64,000 bases of DNA from Hormiphora californensis (Eukaryota; Animalia; Ctenophora). Shown in pieces: positions 49,897 through 62,326 of this stretch. The position numbers and the translations under genes are program-made. Where the stretch lies: NCBI GenBank assembly GCA_020137815.1, contig CM035361.1, positions 5,394,001 to 5,458,000 on the forward strand, written 5' to 3'. A model generated the notes under the pieces. That model had not been told where the DNA came from. It saw only the letters and a program-made list of their open reading frames with translations, and did not search any database. Position 1 is the stretch's first letter; every line of letters starts with the position of its first letter.

Positions 49897-52512
49897 ATGT
49901 TCCATCGTCCTGACTTGGAGAGGGGGACAGGGTTTTTACAAATTATGCGATCAGCTGCAGCCCACCGATCGCAACAGAAACAAGGAATCCGTAAAAAGCG
50001 ACCACCAAAACAGCCTAAAAATGAGCTGGATCGATTCAACTGTCCTCACTGTAGGAAACGAAAGTACTTGGTAAAAGATCTCCAGTTGCAGCACATTAAA
50101 ACGTGTGGTGGTAAAAGGAGGAGGGGACCCCCTGATCCAAAGTGCCCCACTTGTTCATTGGCGGTGTCACCCCAACAAGTTCACCGGTGTAAAATTGATG
50201 ATCCCGATGAAAATGTGTGTCAGCTCATCCAGCCAGCTGAAAGACTCGAGAAGATTCTAAAAATAATTGAAAGATCTAATGAAGCAACTGAACGTCTGGT
50301 TGAAAAGTATAAAAAGTCAGGGAAGGAACGATTGCCCCACAAAACCAATTCTCCAAAGACTCCCCGATCACAGCGCCCCGATACAGATCAAGGATTCCAA
50401 TCAATCCACGAAGATGGTCCAATATTGAGCGATTACCCAAAACTCAGGACTTGTACAAGGTGTAACAATCCACTATCAACACACAAGACACGTAGTGGAC
50501 TGAAAAAGCGGAAAAAGAAAACTGTCCCAGTGTACCGGTGTCCAGAAAGGAAGCGAAGGAAAAGAGTAACTCCCCGGACCATCAGACGCTACAGATTCTC
50601 TCGGCTTCGCTTTGAACTCTCCCAATATCAGAACATCCACAGAACTGGTATATCCAATGCGAATCTGAACGAGAGGTGTCCTCATTGTAACCAGTGGGTC
50701 AGATACTCCTATATGGATACACATCTCTATGAGATATGTCCAAAGCGTTCCACAGAATGCTGTTATGTTTATCACTGGGATTTTAAGTGTCGAAAGAAGC
50801 AGTTTATCAGTCGGCAGTTCACTGTTAGCCCGTTCAACCAACTCCCGGAAGCCTCATTTTCTCAGGATATCATTGTTTATACAGCGGGGTGCATGGTTAT
50901 GGACTGTAAATGTGGCTGTGCATGGGTGATCGTAAAACCCGGATCAGAGCCCGAGAAGTTTGCAAAACATCTTTCTCCTCGGGGCGTTGGGAGGTTCGGT
51001 GCGGACTTATGTGCCATACTTCTCGCGGTTAAGAGTTTCTTGTCTCAACCATCTCGGATGGGGCCTACAATTCATTTTGTTACTGAAAACAAGCAGCTGC
51101 TTGATATATTGAGGCTGGGTCCACTCTCCTCCACTAACCTTCTCAACACGGTCAAATCTCTGAACCAGTTGGCGGGGTATGTTGATGTAACGTTGAATGG
51201 TATGGTGCTGAAGGGAGTTCCAGGGGCTGATTTGGTGAGGAACATGGCCCGATCAGCTGCATCTTCTCAAGGAGCCGTGGGGTACCACTTCAAATACACT
51301 GGTCTGGATATCAAGGTAAACCTGCTGAAACCTGAGCGACCAACGAGACAAACGGATTTCTTTTGTATAATTTGCTATCAATGGATTCTTTTTGACGAGT
51401 TCCCGCAACACCGGAAAACGTGTACAAAACCTCCTAAAAATGACACTGACGAAGATTCTGATGGAGCCCTTGAATCTTGGGAGGATTTGGACCGTTTTGA
51501 GGACTGTCCGCTATGCCATGAAGCGTTTCATTACAAAGAGTTATCCCAGCATATGGGGAAGGAGTGTGCTTGGAGAAGGGTTATTTATAACGTTTGTAAT
51601 TTCCGGGTGATCGCTCATGAGCTTCATTCCCACCTAAAGACAACTTGTATTGGACGAACTGGCCTGTTTCCGAGAATCCCAGTGAGATACAAAAAGAAGA
51701 AAAAGAGGGACCCGGATGAGAATGATTGTGAGAAACAAAATGATGATGTATTCGATCTACCAGAAGATTTACGAGCTATCCACACAGAGTTTCGCCCAAC
51801 TCGATATTTCATACTTCTACCCATAACCCTAGGAGAGTACCTCGCAGATGTCATCAGGTATCTGGATCTCTTCCGGAGAAGACGCCGTGAAAGTTACAGG
51901 TCGGCCCCATCCAATGATTCGGAGGTTATTGTTGCTTGCAGGAATCACGTTCGGTCGTGTGCAATGAACGTTAACCGTCAACAACTCCCACCAGTACCAG
52001 TTCCTCAGATAAAACCCCCGGTTTCGTCCCCAGGATCTTTTATTTTGTATTCAGAAGTTGTAGCTAAACAAACAGAACAGTCAGCAGTTAAACTGAAGAA
52101 GGATGTAACAAATCCAAAACGCTCCGAAGATCCTCAGCAAATGATGCCATGGGTCAATGAGGCCCAGTTCAAATCAGTATCTTCGCTTTGTTTTCCCAAG
52201 ACCAGTGATAAATTCATCGCTTTTGTTATGAGTATTGATAATCAGAGAAGTAGTGATAAGAGGTGTACAGATAATGCGGCCGATAATGATACGGTATTGA
52301 CTCTTGGGAAGTCAAAGTTTTCGATAAAGGGTCGGTTTAGTTCGGATCGGTTCCCTATTTCGTGCCGTTATTGTAAAATGCAGCTTGTGTCGAAAAAGGA
52401 AATGAGAAGACACGAAAAGAAATTCTGTGAATACCGACCTACCCGGTGTCAGTATTGTGACAAACTGGGAACTTTTAAAAAGATCAAAAAGCACACCGGG
52501 AAGTGTGTTTAG
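49897..52512 (+). CDS. Intronless 871-aa basic protein with multiple C2HC/TRAF-like zinc fingers and an RNase H-like domain
   Basis: Uninterrupted 2.6-kb ORF. Zinc-finger-like motifs: CPHC..HIKTC, CPTC..HRC, CPHC..HLYEICPKRSTEC, CIIC..HRKTC, CPLC..HMGKECAWR, CRYC..HEKKFCEYRPTRCQYC..HTGKC. The segment IIVYTAG..GCAWV..GADLCAILLAV..IHFVTEN..GVPGADLVRNMARSAA aligns by eye to the RNase H fold of non-LTR elements. Several basic NLS-like clusters are present. Confidence 0.85.
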   Translation: MFHRPDLERGTGFLQIMRSAAAHRSQQKQGIRKKRPPKQPKNELDRFNCPHCRKRKYLVKDLQLQHIKTCGGKRRRGPPDPKCPTCSLAVSPQQVHRCKIDDPDENVCQLIQPAERLEKILKIIERSNEATERLVEKYKKSGKERLPHKTNSPKTPRSQRPDTDQGFQSIHEDGPILSDYPKLRTCTRCNNPLSTHKTRSGLKKRKKKTVPVYRCPERKRRKRVTPRTIRRYRFSRLRFELSQYQNIHRTGISNANLNERCPHCNQWVRYSYMDTHLYEICPKRSTECCYVYHWDFKCRKKQFISRQFTVSPFNQLPEASFSQDIIVYTAGCMVMDCKCGCAWVIVKPGSEPEKFAKHLSPRGVGRFGADLCAILLAVKSFLSQPSRMGPTIHFVTENKQLLDILRLGPLSSTNLLNTVKSLNQLAGYVDVTLNGMVLKGVPGADLVRNMARSAASSQGAVGYHFKYTGLDIKVNLLKPERPTRQTDFFCIICYQWILFDEFPQHRKTCTKPPKNDTDEDSDGALESWEDLDRFEDCPLCHEAFHYKELSQHMGKECAWRRVIYNVCNFRVIAHELHSHLKTTCIGRTGLFPRIPVRYKKKKKRDPDENDCEKQNDDVFDLPEDLRAIHTEFRPTRYFILLPITLGEYLADVIRYLDLFRRRRRESYRSAPSNDSEVIVACRNHVRSCAMNVNRQQLPPVPVPQIKPPVSSPGSFILYSEVVAKQTEQSAVKLKKDVTNPKRSEDPQQMMPWVNEAQFKSVSSLCFPKTSDKFIAFVMSIDNQRSSDKRCTDNAADNDTVLTLGKSKFSIKGRFSSDRFPISCRYCKMQLVSKKEMRRHEKKFCEYRPTRCQYCDKLGTFKKIKKHTGKCV

Positions 52513-52925
52513 TTTTGATCCCAAGCAGAAAAATGGCTAACGATTTTAAATTAATTGTTTTTAAATGGAATTTACAACAATTACTTCTTTACTCAGAAAG
52601 CGATCGTTGCCACATATCAAATCACATATACAAACACCACCATCATTATTGTTCGTCAAATTTGATCAACAAAAAAGCACTGCGAATCATGGCAAATCTG
52701 TCTTTGTAGTTTGAACCCCAAAAAGTTTTCTAAAATACAGTTTTCAATCGATGAAACAGCTGGGTTCTCTGAGTAAAAATATTTTCACCGCATCTCGAAA
52801 TGCATTATTAATTGTCACAGACAATTCCAATTGATGTCAACTGTATAATATCAGAGCTTGCTGCCGCGGGTATGAATCACAAGAATCTATTTCCATAGTA
52901 ACGGGGTGTTGTCATGGTAACAACT

Positions 52926-55900
52926 TCACAGTTTCCTGGTTCGTCTCCACAGGCACATCAGTGAGAGGAGAGAAAGGAGTAGGCCAAGGAAAAGGTTGCA
53001 AACCACGTTGGGGAACCAAATTGTCTGAAAATGGGGGAGATAAAGGGGTTATTGAGTGTAATAAAGTGGGTAATATATTACGACCGCTAGTAAAGATGAT
53101 AATGAAAATGAAATGTGACCCGATGATCACAGAATCACAATGTGTACCTCTTGAATTCCATAGATTGACAGGATTTGTTTTCCGTCCGTGTAGATACAGT
53201 CAAACCCAGCAGTATCATCGTTACACTCTGAAAACATGTGGTTACAATGGTTACACAACATGCTTACACACCATGGTTACCATGGTTACACAAAGTGGTT
53301 ACCATGGTTATTCAATATTAAAAACGTACCTATGACTCGCATGTCAGCGAACTCGTTCACCATGAGTGCGTTCCAGCTGTATCTAATCCAACTAAGATAC
53401 TTGACAGGGTAGAACCAGTATGGGGTGGAACTGGGGAGAGAAGTTGATATTTAGATATATCAACATATATTATATGGGCTAGTTAGTTACATGGGCGCGA
53501 AAATGGGCTCGTTAATGGCCGTAAACGCGCCCATTTTCACCAAATCGAATATGCGAGCTATACTAGGGTACTTTTCTATGACTAGAAACCTATGTTTCTG
53601 CACCGAAGAAGGAAGAACGGTATGATTAGGGGTGCGTGGTTACCGTGGTTACATACGCGTGGTAACCATGGTTACAGACGCGTGGTTACCATGGTTACAG
53701 ACGCGTGGTTACCATGGTTACAGACACGTGGTTACCATGGTTACAACGTTTTGTGAGGCATATGTTTCTACTTACTTGTCATTCTGATAAAGTCCACCAA
53801 ACAGGAAAAACGGCATGATGAGAGGAGCGTTGAGGGCGTTTGCAGTTGGCACACTGCCCGTCATTGATCCGGCAAACAATCCTGAGGATAGTTTGGTATT
53901 TATAGAGTGTTTCAATTGAGTTTAGATTAAGTTTAGGTTGTTTTTTAGACACCAAGGCCTTGAGAGCTGAATGCTGATGAATGTCAACGCACTAGTGAAT
54001 CAATCATACAATATATTCCACAAGAATTTACCTAAATTTGAAGCCACCCAGGCGGTGCTCATACATATCACGTATGCTGTGAAGAAGCTCCCTGCTGATG
54101 TTTCCAGTCCTGTAATTTGCAAAGTCATTATCAGTAAACAACCAATCAGAACTCTTTATTTAGCTTAGGTCACGTGATTAGTTATCAGCCAATCAGGGAC
54201 CAGCATTTCCTGATTCGGTCGGTTCCTGGTCATTATACCACCGCGGGATAACTCAAACTATAGCTACACTTATATCTTTGAAAAACAGTGTCCAATTGGA
54301 AGGGAAATATGCTGCAAAGAACAAAACCTCATAATCTCTCACCTGTAAGGAAGTAACTGAGGAGTAGCTGGACGAATACCAACACTATTATCTTAGGTAT
54401 GTTCATTAGGATGATACTCCAGAGGTATGATGCAATTCCATACATCCCAACACGGTATTCTTTCAGTAGGATCTGTGGTGGTATGAGTTATTTAGTACGA
54501 ACTATTATAGTTGTTGGAACCTATCTCAACAACGTTCTCAACAACGTTACTCAGAGAAAAGTATGAGAAATTCATGTGAAAATGCTAAAAGCTGAGTTTA
54601 ACAAATAACCACGTGGCTTAGAGGTAATGGGACGTGGATTTTTAATAAATCTTTAATCAAATTCTTACCGGGAAATCATTGGGTAGAACAGACGTATTTC
54701 CGAAGCTGAAAGCAAAGGTGAAGTTGGTTGTAAAAAAGAAGAGGAGTCCTCCCTTGTTCTGAGCTACCTCCTGGTCATTGTTTACCATGAAAAACGAGAT
54801 TCCGATCAGAATACCCCAAACCTGTAGCAGGAAATATATGCATTGGTACATAGTAAACATTAATTAATTAATTAGTTAATTAATTGATTAATCAAATGAT
54901 ATATATTGGTAAGAAGAAGATTGGATTATCGAATGGAGGAGTAGATTTGAATATATTTTGGGTTGCCGGGATATTGGTACAATTATTTTCAGTAAAATGT
55001 GGTTTAATTATTCACTAAAATGTGGTTTACTGGAGGGTGTATGTCAGGAACCGACCGAATCAGGAAATACTGGTCCCTGATTGGCTGATAACCAGTCACG
55101 TTACTTAAATAAAGAGTTCTGATTGGTTGTTTACTTGATTCGGTCGGTTCCTGGAGGGTGTAGTAACTCTTACCAGTGTCTCAATCCATCTACTCTTTGC
55201 AAGAGAGGGAGATCTCTTCGCTATCAAATAAGCTCGCTTCACATTTTCTATCAGCTGTGTGTAGGATGTCGACTGCATCTTCCCTCGACTGAAAAAGGAA
55301 TTGTGTGTTATGCGGGGCTGCTGAGGAAAGAATTGTGTGTGCAGTCTGAAATTGATAAACAGCTAAATAAATCAAGAACATTGCATTTATAGATTGGTGA
55401 AGAAGTAAATATGAATCGAATAAAGGAAACATAAAGGAAACATTAAATAACTAAAGAATTAATTAATAATTTTATCAATTAATTAAATCCTAATTTGTAC
55501 CTGATAAAAGGTGCACACTGATTTATCTTCTCCTCCATGTGAACCTTATCTTTTATCTCTCTGTACTGCCCTGACTTCTTGTAAAATGAAACCATTTCCT
55601 GGAGGAATTGCAACCATTAATAACTAATTATCACAATTAAATATAATTAAATACACACATATCAATTAATCAATATATATATTTACCCTGATACTAGCTA
55701 GGCATTTCTCCTTAATGCATGGTTGGATGGCCAGCTGGAATACAAAGTGATCCGCGGGGTTGTAATGAGAGGGACAGGGCCGTTTCATCGCTTCAAAGTG
55801 GGCCAGGGCATCTGATCGGTCACCAAAGTAGGCTATGTGGCCATCTGCCAGCAGACAAATCCTGAAAACAAGAAATAAATATCACTTTTTGTACGTGCAT

Positions 55901-57682
55901 GTAGGGAATTTGGGGAGAGCTGGGGAGAACTCTTCTAAACACGTTATAGACCTACATGGATATATAAAATCCTGAAAACATGGATATAAAACATTCTATT
56001 TTTGTTCAAACTCTGTGGTGTATGTATGTCATGGGTAATATAAAGTTAAGGGTTTTGCCCGCGGTAAATGAATTGGTGAAAGATGATGTGTACCTGTCGA
56101 ATAGGGCAAACACCTCGGAGCTAGGTTGATGTATTGTCATGAGAATGGTCCTGTTCGCAGCTGCCAGTTTTGAGATCAACTTAACCATGTTCTGCGCCAT
56201 AAAGGAATCAAGTCTGAAACAGAAATGGTATATTTAATATAGGGAGATGAATAAGTAATTTAAGTAAGTGATTAAATAAGTAAGTGATCAGTTTAAATTG
56301 TATATACAGTCGGTCCCCGATTTAGTGGACACCCCGATTTATATTAGTGGACAAAATCCTTTCCCCCGAGCATCCCGGTAAATCGGGGTCCGACTGTGTA
56401 TATTTTCACCCAGTATAATAGTGAATGATCAGTTTTACCATGCACATGTCACCGCGTGAAAAACAATGTTCAATTGTATTATAATTATACCCGCTAGTTG
56501 GTTCGTCCAAAAATAGCAGTGGTGGGTCCATGAGAAGCTCAACTGCGACAGAAAGCCTCTTCTTCTGGCCACCTGAGATACCTTTCATGCCCGTCCGGGC
56601 GTTGCCGATAATCGTGTTCTCGCATGACTTCAAACATAACTGGAATTGAAGAATTGTTCAACTGAACTGCTACTAAGTACATACGTTTTCTTATGTGCTT
56701 ATGTTATACTGGAATAGCTTGTACGTTACTGATTACTGAATTTAAATTTATATGTGACTTTATCAAAGTCTGTACGTGATTATGTAATTTGTGATTATGT
56801 GATTTACCTTGTCCATGATAGCTTCCACTTTCCGCATCCTTGTTTCCATGGGAATATCTTTGTCCATTCGGAGAGTAGCCTACAGAAGTGGAGTTTCATC
56901 AAACTTGATAAACATTTAGTATCCGAAGTAACAATCTCGTGTCACACGACGTATAATCAGTGAGGGGAAATAATCGTGCCTGAATCTGACTGTAATTTCC
57001 CCCAGTCAAGTAAAGATCTGTCTGGCGGCGCTGAGCTGTTCTTAACAGACAGATTAGCTAATATATATAGGGTAGCGACTGGCTATTTGAAATGGCGGCT
57101 AATTTGAAACACCCCATCAACAGGCCAGTAGGTGCACCAGATTTGGATTTTTAGACATCGTATCAGTTGGCTTGGCATGAGTTCTGACTAGCCCAATGAT
57201 ATCCAAAAATCCAGATCTGGTGCACCTACAGCTGGCCTGTAGAGGGGGTGTTTCAAACTAGCCACCATTTCAAATAGCCAGTCGCTACCCTATTGAACAA
57301 TACAGTTACCAAACACAACTTATTACGTACGTGAAATATAAGTGTTTCCCTGACAGTTAGAACTCCAATAAAGTTGTCCTCTTGTTCCACATATGCGCTG
57401 ACAAGGGACATTTGGCGTCTTTCAATTGGCCAACCGTTCAAATGAATTGTACCTAAAATGAATTTTGATCAAGAAACATTTCTAAAAACAGCTCATACTA
57501 GTAATTACATAGTTAACATTGCATTTACTACATACTATAAAGTATTTGGAAAATGTCTGATATACCTGTTGTTTTGAAGTTACACATTTTCCTCTGGGCC
57601 AGGGTGTTGAGAAGTGTAGTTTTCCCGGATCCACTAGACCCGAGAATGGCAACAAACTGTCCTGGCTCCACATATCCCGATA
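52926..57682 (-). CDS. ABCG half-transporter (white/scarlet-like); 15 exons found, 5' exon(s) not located
   Basis: Exons 57566-57682, 57331-57452, 56808-56879, 56491-56639, 56094-56213, 55687-55861, 55501-55598, 55174-55288, 54669-54821, 54343-54472, 54032-54109, 53776-53881, 53330-53430, 53148-53227 and 52926-53024. Motifs: Walker [16 protein letters not shown], signature ISGGQKKR, Walker [53 protein letters not shown] precedes TMD. Confidence 0.95.
57068..57292. mobile_element. About 225-bp foldback MITE in an ABCG intron
   Basis: tagggtagcgactggctatttgaaatgg...taggtgcaccagat is mirrored by atctggtgcaccta...ccatttcaaatagccagtcgctacccta. Confidence 0.8.
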
Positions 57683-57690
57683 CTGAAATG

Positions 57691-58040
57691 TGTCATGTGT
57701 CACGTGATGCCCAAATATGGTGTCATGTGTCACGTGATGCCCAAATATGGTGTTATGTGTCACGTGATGCCCAAATATGGTGTCATGTGTCACGTGATGC
57801 CCAAATATGGTGTTATGTGTCACGTGATGCCCAAATATGGTGTCATGTGTCACGTGATGCCAAAATATGGTGTTATGTGTCACGTGATGCCCAAATATGG
57901 TGTCATGTGTCACGTGATGCCAAAATATGGTGTTATGTGTCACGTGATGCCCAAATATGGTGTCATGTGTCACGTGATGCCCAAATATGGTGTTATGTGT
58001 CACGTGATGCCCAAATATGGTGTTATGTGTCACGTGATGC
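57691..58040. repeat. 30-bp tandem array (11 full units plus a partial one): tgt(c/t)atgtgtcacgtgatgcccaaatatgg
   Basis: Nearly perfect units with a c/t alternation that gives a 60-bp higher-order period. It generates the [20 protein letters not shown] and CHVMPKYGVM ORFs. Confidence 0.97.
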
Positions 58041-58949
58041 CTTGGGCACGTCGCGCCCCCCATGTTCGCGCGCCCGTAGGGCGATCCCCTCACATAGGGG
58101 GCACAGTCACGACTAGGGCACTCGTAGAATGCTTCGTTCTGCTAAACGGCGCTAGTTAGCGTTTTAATTTTTGGTTTTTCTGATCGGTCATGTTCTAAAT
58201 GAATGCAACGAACATGTCTCGATTTGAAACTCTCAAAAACCGTGGCGTAATCGCCGATTTGCTCAAATCGGTTTTTTGGCAATTACGGGAGAACGGAATA
58301 TCCATAAAATCCCAAATTCTGGGATATGTTAGAAGAGACAATTTGACACCTTCGTGTCGAAGGATTTGTCTCTTATTCTTCTGGTCTTCAACTGACGGCC
58401 ATTTGAATTAATTTGACCTCTCTTCCCCCGACCCTTAGTCCCACTAAACGACAGCTTTATAAGTAACCATCTTTTTTTCCCAGGTAGAGAATCCCTTGAA
58501 CTGGTGCAACGTATAGGTGGATAAGCCAGAAACGATTTCTGGACAGAGGAATCGACTCTCAAAGTTGGATGATTTCAAACAGTGATTGGACTTTTTGGGA
58601 CACTTTGACTTTAAAAAGATTGATACATTTATCATTTTCCGACATAATTTTACCTAATTTGACCAACGAAAGTGTTTAATTAATCGTTAATTGCTTAATT
58701 AAGAAAATCGGACGCGCAAATATACAAACGCGCTTGTTTTGGACAGAAATTGCGCGCGCTGAAGAATCTTCAAAGTGAATCGTGACGGCGCGAACTGAAA
58801 AAGTTGCGCGGTTTTTTTTCGAAACTCGAAAAGTCAAGAATATTTTGCGCACGGATCAGGACCCATCCTCTTCTAAGGGCCTGCAGCAAAGACAAAACTT
58901 TTCCGGAACTATTGAAAATCTAAGCGATGAATTATTCTGAGGCTCGAGC

Positions 58950-59429
58950 GACCTATACACAGCGTATGTATGGCGACATTTAAAGGATTCTGACCTGAAA
59001 CGTCTACAGAAAGTTCAGAACGTCTACAGAAAGTTCAGAACAGTGCGACACGATACATATATGGGAAAAGAGGAAAACGCGGTGTAACAAAACTTCGCAT
59101 GAAATCACACTTCTTGCCTGTGAAACAGCGAATAGAGTACAAAATTTGCTCGATGGTATACAAGATTCTTCATGATCAATCCATACATGTCTGAGATGTT
59201 AGTGAAGCGGCCCCAGAAAGTGAAATCACTCCGAGTGGATAATGACGTCACCGCTCTGAAAGAGGCGCGGAGGAGTGAGTACCACTACGAGAACACTAGA
59301 GGCGCTTTCAGTATTGCTGCACCTAAATTATGGAATCAGCTACCACGATCAATCGGGGACTCAGAATCCCTTACTACTTTTAAAACATCCCTGAAGACGC
59401 ACTTGTTCTTTAGAGCATACAACCAATGA
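58950..59429 (+). mobile_element. 5'-truncated L2/CR1 LINE ORF2 C-terminal fragment
   Basis: LKRLQKVQN.ATRYIYG..HFLPVKQRIEYKICSMVYKILH..YMSEML..GAFSIAAPKLWNQLP..SLTTFKTSLKTHLF..* is the typical L2/CR1 tail. It carries a 20-bp duplication (aacgtctacagaaagttcag) and a frameshift. Confidence 0.9.
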
Positions 59430-59499
59430 CCGGCAAAATAACCCTCACTTCCCTACATCCACATGGATTCCTGAGTAACTACCGTCTCTAACTCCTATT

Positions 59500-59800
59500 C
59501 CTGATTCCTGGGCTCCCTTTTTCTCGTGTATTCCTTCACATCGATCCCTGGGTCCTTTACTCCTACTTCCACTCCACATCGATCCCTGGGTCCTTTACTC
59601 CAACCTCCTCCACATTGATCCCTGGGTCCTTTACTCCAACCTCCTCCACATCGATTCCTGGGTCCTTTCTCTACCTTGCTCCACATCGATCCCTGGGTCC
59701 TTTCCAACCTCCTTCACATCGATCCCTGGGTCCTTTACTCCTACCTCCTCCACATCGATCCCTGGGTCCTTTTCCTTGCGCTGCTCCATATCGAGCACAT
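59500..59800. repeat. 33-39-bp minisatellite (ccacatcgatccctgggtcctttactcc..)
   Basis: About 7 tandem units directly after the LINE fragment. Confidence 0.9.
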
Positions 59801-62326
59801 CCTCATTCCTCATTCTAAAAACTATTTACAACATCCCTTCTACACGCTACTCATCACCTGTTATCACGACAGTTGATTGATTCTGTTTTTTGTACATACA
59901 TATACACACTGTGATATTGAAGAGTGTTTGAATTAGACGAGACCCAGCTAGAGGTAGCTACGGGCGGAAACGTCCGCATGTTGGACATATATTTTTTTAA
60001 ATTTGTGAACCAATATGTTTAGTGTATTAGCGGGGTGTCAATAATTACATTTATTTAATTTATTGACATTATAAATATAATTTTAATCTTGTAATCTTGT
60101 AATCTTGTAATCCATTTCAACTGAGATAAAAATTTGGAGCTCAGGAAGATCATGTTTAGTTCTTATTCCTTAATGAGCTGAGGTGACATAAACGAACTTC
60201 AGTTGGACCTGCTCAAGGTATCAGAGTGTTGTCAGGCACTGACTGTACAGTGTACAGTGTACAGGTTGTGTGGTGTACACTGTACACCGCACAACCTCAC
60301 GTAGCCGCACCGGGCCTAAGGCTCGCTGCGAAGAGGACAGTTCACTTTATTGTATAAAACTTTTTATTTTTAAACATTGTAAACCTCTCTAGTGTGTTTC
60401 ATGGCGAAACGAGGAAATCTGACGAGTGACGAAATGGATAAATCTGAATGAACGGTACAAAAACCCAGGATTTGATGCCCTCCAAACATCAATTTTATCA
60501 CTTTTCTAATTGGATACTGCGTTCTGGATACTGTGTTTAGTATCCCATGCTTGGCACTCTCTCAGATACTCAGCAGGTAAGATATGCTATCACCACGAGA
60601 AGTGGGGGACACAAAGTCATAACCCAATTTGATCCAAGCGACAGTGCGCTCAGATGGGGTCGGCGGCGCAAGGCAGCACCCTTGACCCGTGATAACAATC
60701 TCCCCTATTTCAGAGAACCACAGCAGTGAGTAGCTGCAAGATACTTCCCAGTTTTATTCAACGTATCTTCCACAATGTCCACAGACCAGAACTTACAAGA
60801 AAGGAGAAGAAATTGAACAGCTACCATTACCCCCTGATCTCATCACCATCCCCTCACTCTGGTAGGTGATAGTTTTGTTTCTTAGTTAAAGTCCACCTGG
60901 AATTTGTACATAAACTAAAGATACATATATTAAACACTGCCATTACAACTATTTTAGAACCCCTTCTACTCATCCCCTTGCCCTATCTCCAGGTAAACAA
61001 ACATGAGTTTAGAAATCTGGTGTTGAGGTGACATGACAGCTGTGAGATGACAAGAGGGAATGGTGGGTGTGCCAGTCTCAATTCTCATCTCTGTAAAACG
61101 GTAGGCACCACTGAAGTTATACCAAATTTAATGCACAGTATTTTTACACAGTACAGTTATACACAGTATAACAGTACACACATACGTCATACATGTATTA
61201 CCAACACTGCGGGTTCGTCACCAAGGGAATCTCAAAACACAGTGGTTCACCAAGTTTACAACTGTTTCGGGAGATAGTTTTGGTGTGTATTTTGGGTGGG
61301 GTGATGTTCAAGAGGTCAGCCGAAATTTACACTGTAGTAGAGTCGATTAGCACACATGACTCTCGCAATTTTTACTGCCTCATCGTTATTGCCTGGCTCT
61401 ATCCTCTTTCCGTGCGCCCCGCCCTCTTTTACAAATGTAAAGGAGAGTTATAACATCGTTATGGGTCTTACGCAGCATGTTGAGAATTTATATATATATA
61501 TTTGCCAACCTACTCTTGACGTTATATCTGTAACCCACACACTCAATTCCAGGTGTTCAACGGTTGTCCTTTTCAAAAATAGTCCATCAGAGGATAACTA
61601 CTATCTCAGACCCTGCTAGTTATTGATGGGAAAAGTGGTTATGTTGCATGTCACGCTCCTCTGCTCGCCGTCAAGTGGTTATGGCATCGACATTATAAGG
61701 TGAGAGCAACCAGTAGTTTATACTTTGTAGTTCTCTATACTAGTAGTTGACAATTCAAAATATTTTAATTCTATATGTTTTCTCTCGCCCTACCTGCTAC
61801 CATTCTATGAATTCTCTCTCTTTCACCCTCAGTAGCTGTCAGTCTCTCCCTCACTATCTCTCTAGCTCTATCTACCTCTCTCTCCGCCTCTCTCAATCTC
61901 CCCTCTCTTTCTTGCCCGCGTAGCGAACATGAGGGGCGCGACGTGCCCAACTCTCTTTCGTTGTAGTACTGGATTTAAGATATCTCACATGTGATCCCAT
62001 CCTTCTAGTTGTGGGTGGTTGTCTTGCGGGTGGTTGTGTTGCGGGACCGGATCACTAGAATTGGATGTTAGGTTTATCAATTGTTTAGCAGACATAGCCC
62101 CTGGCAACCGTGTATCTTCCCTGGGTGGTATTAATTCCACAACCTTCTTTTTCCATTTTTGGTGACCCCCTGAAATTTATAAAACTTTCCTAGTAACCCC
62201 GTAGGGCTATTCCCAAGATAGCAGAAATGAAATCTAACCTATTCTCTCTACAGATAACTTTACGATAAGAGAGTCGAAGGATATTTTAAACTGCACTGGG
62301 GAATCAATAATGAGTTGTCGAACCGA

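Larger units (their letters stand above)
58042..61950. mobile_element. About 3.9-kb segment bounded by 28-bp terminal inverted repeats (putative DNA transposon)
   Basis: ttgggcacgtcgcgccccccatgttcgc (58042-58069) versus gcgaacatgaggggcgcgacgtgcccaa (61923-61950), 1 mismatch. No clear TSD and no intact transposase seen. Confidence 0.6.

Noticed and set aside
49897-52512. Active retrotransposon ORF
   Set aside because: No RT (YxDD), endonuclease, integrase, LTRs or poly-A/TSD were seen, and the RNase H catalytic residues are altered.
57482-58159. Repetitive ORFs of 154-203 aa, or a CRISPR-like array
   Set aside because: They come from a 30-bp tandem repeat with no unique spacers and no cas genes, in a eukaryotic intron.
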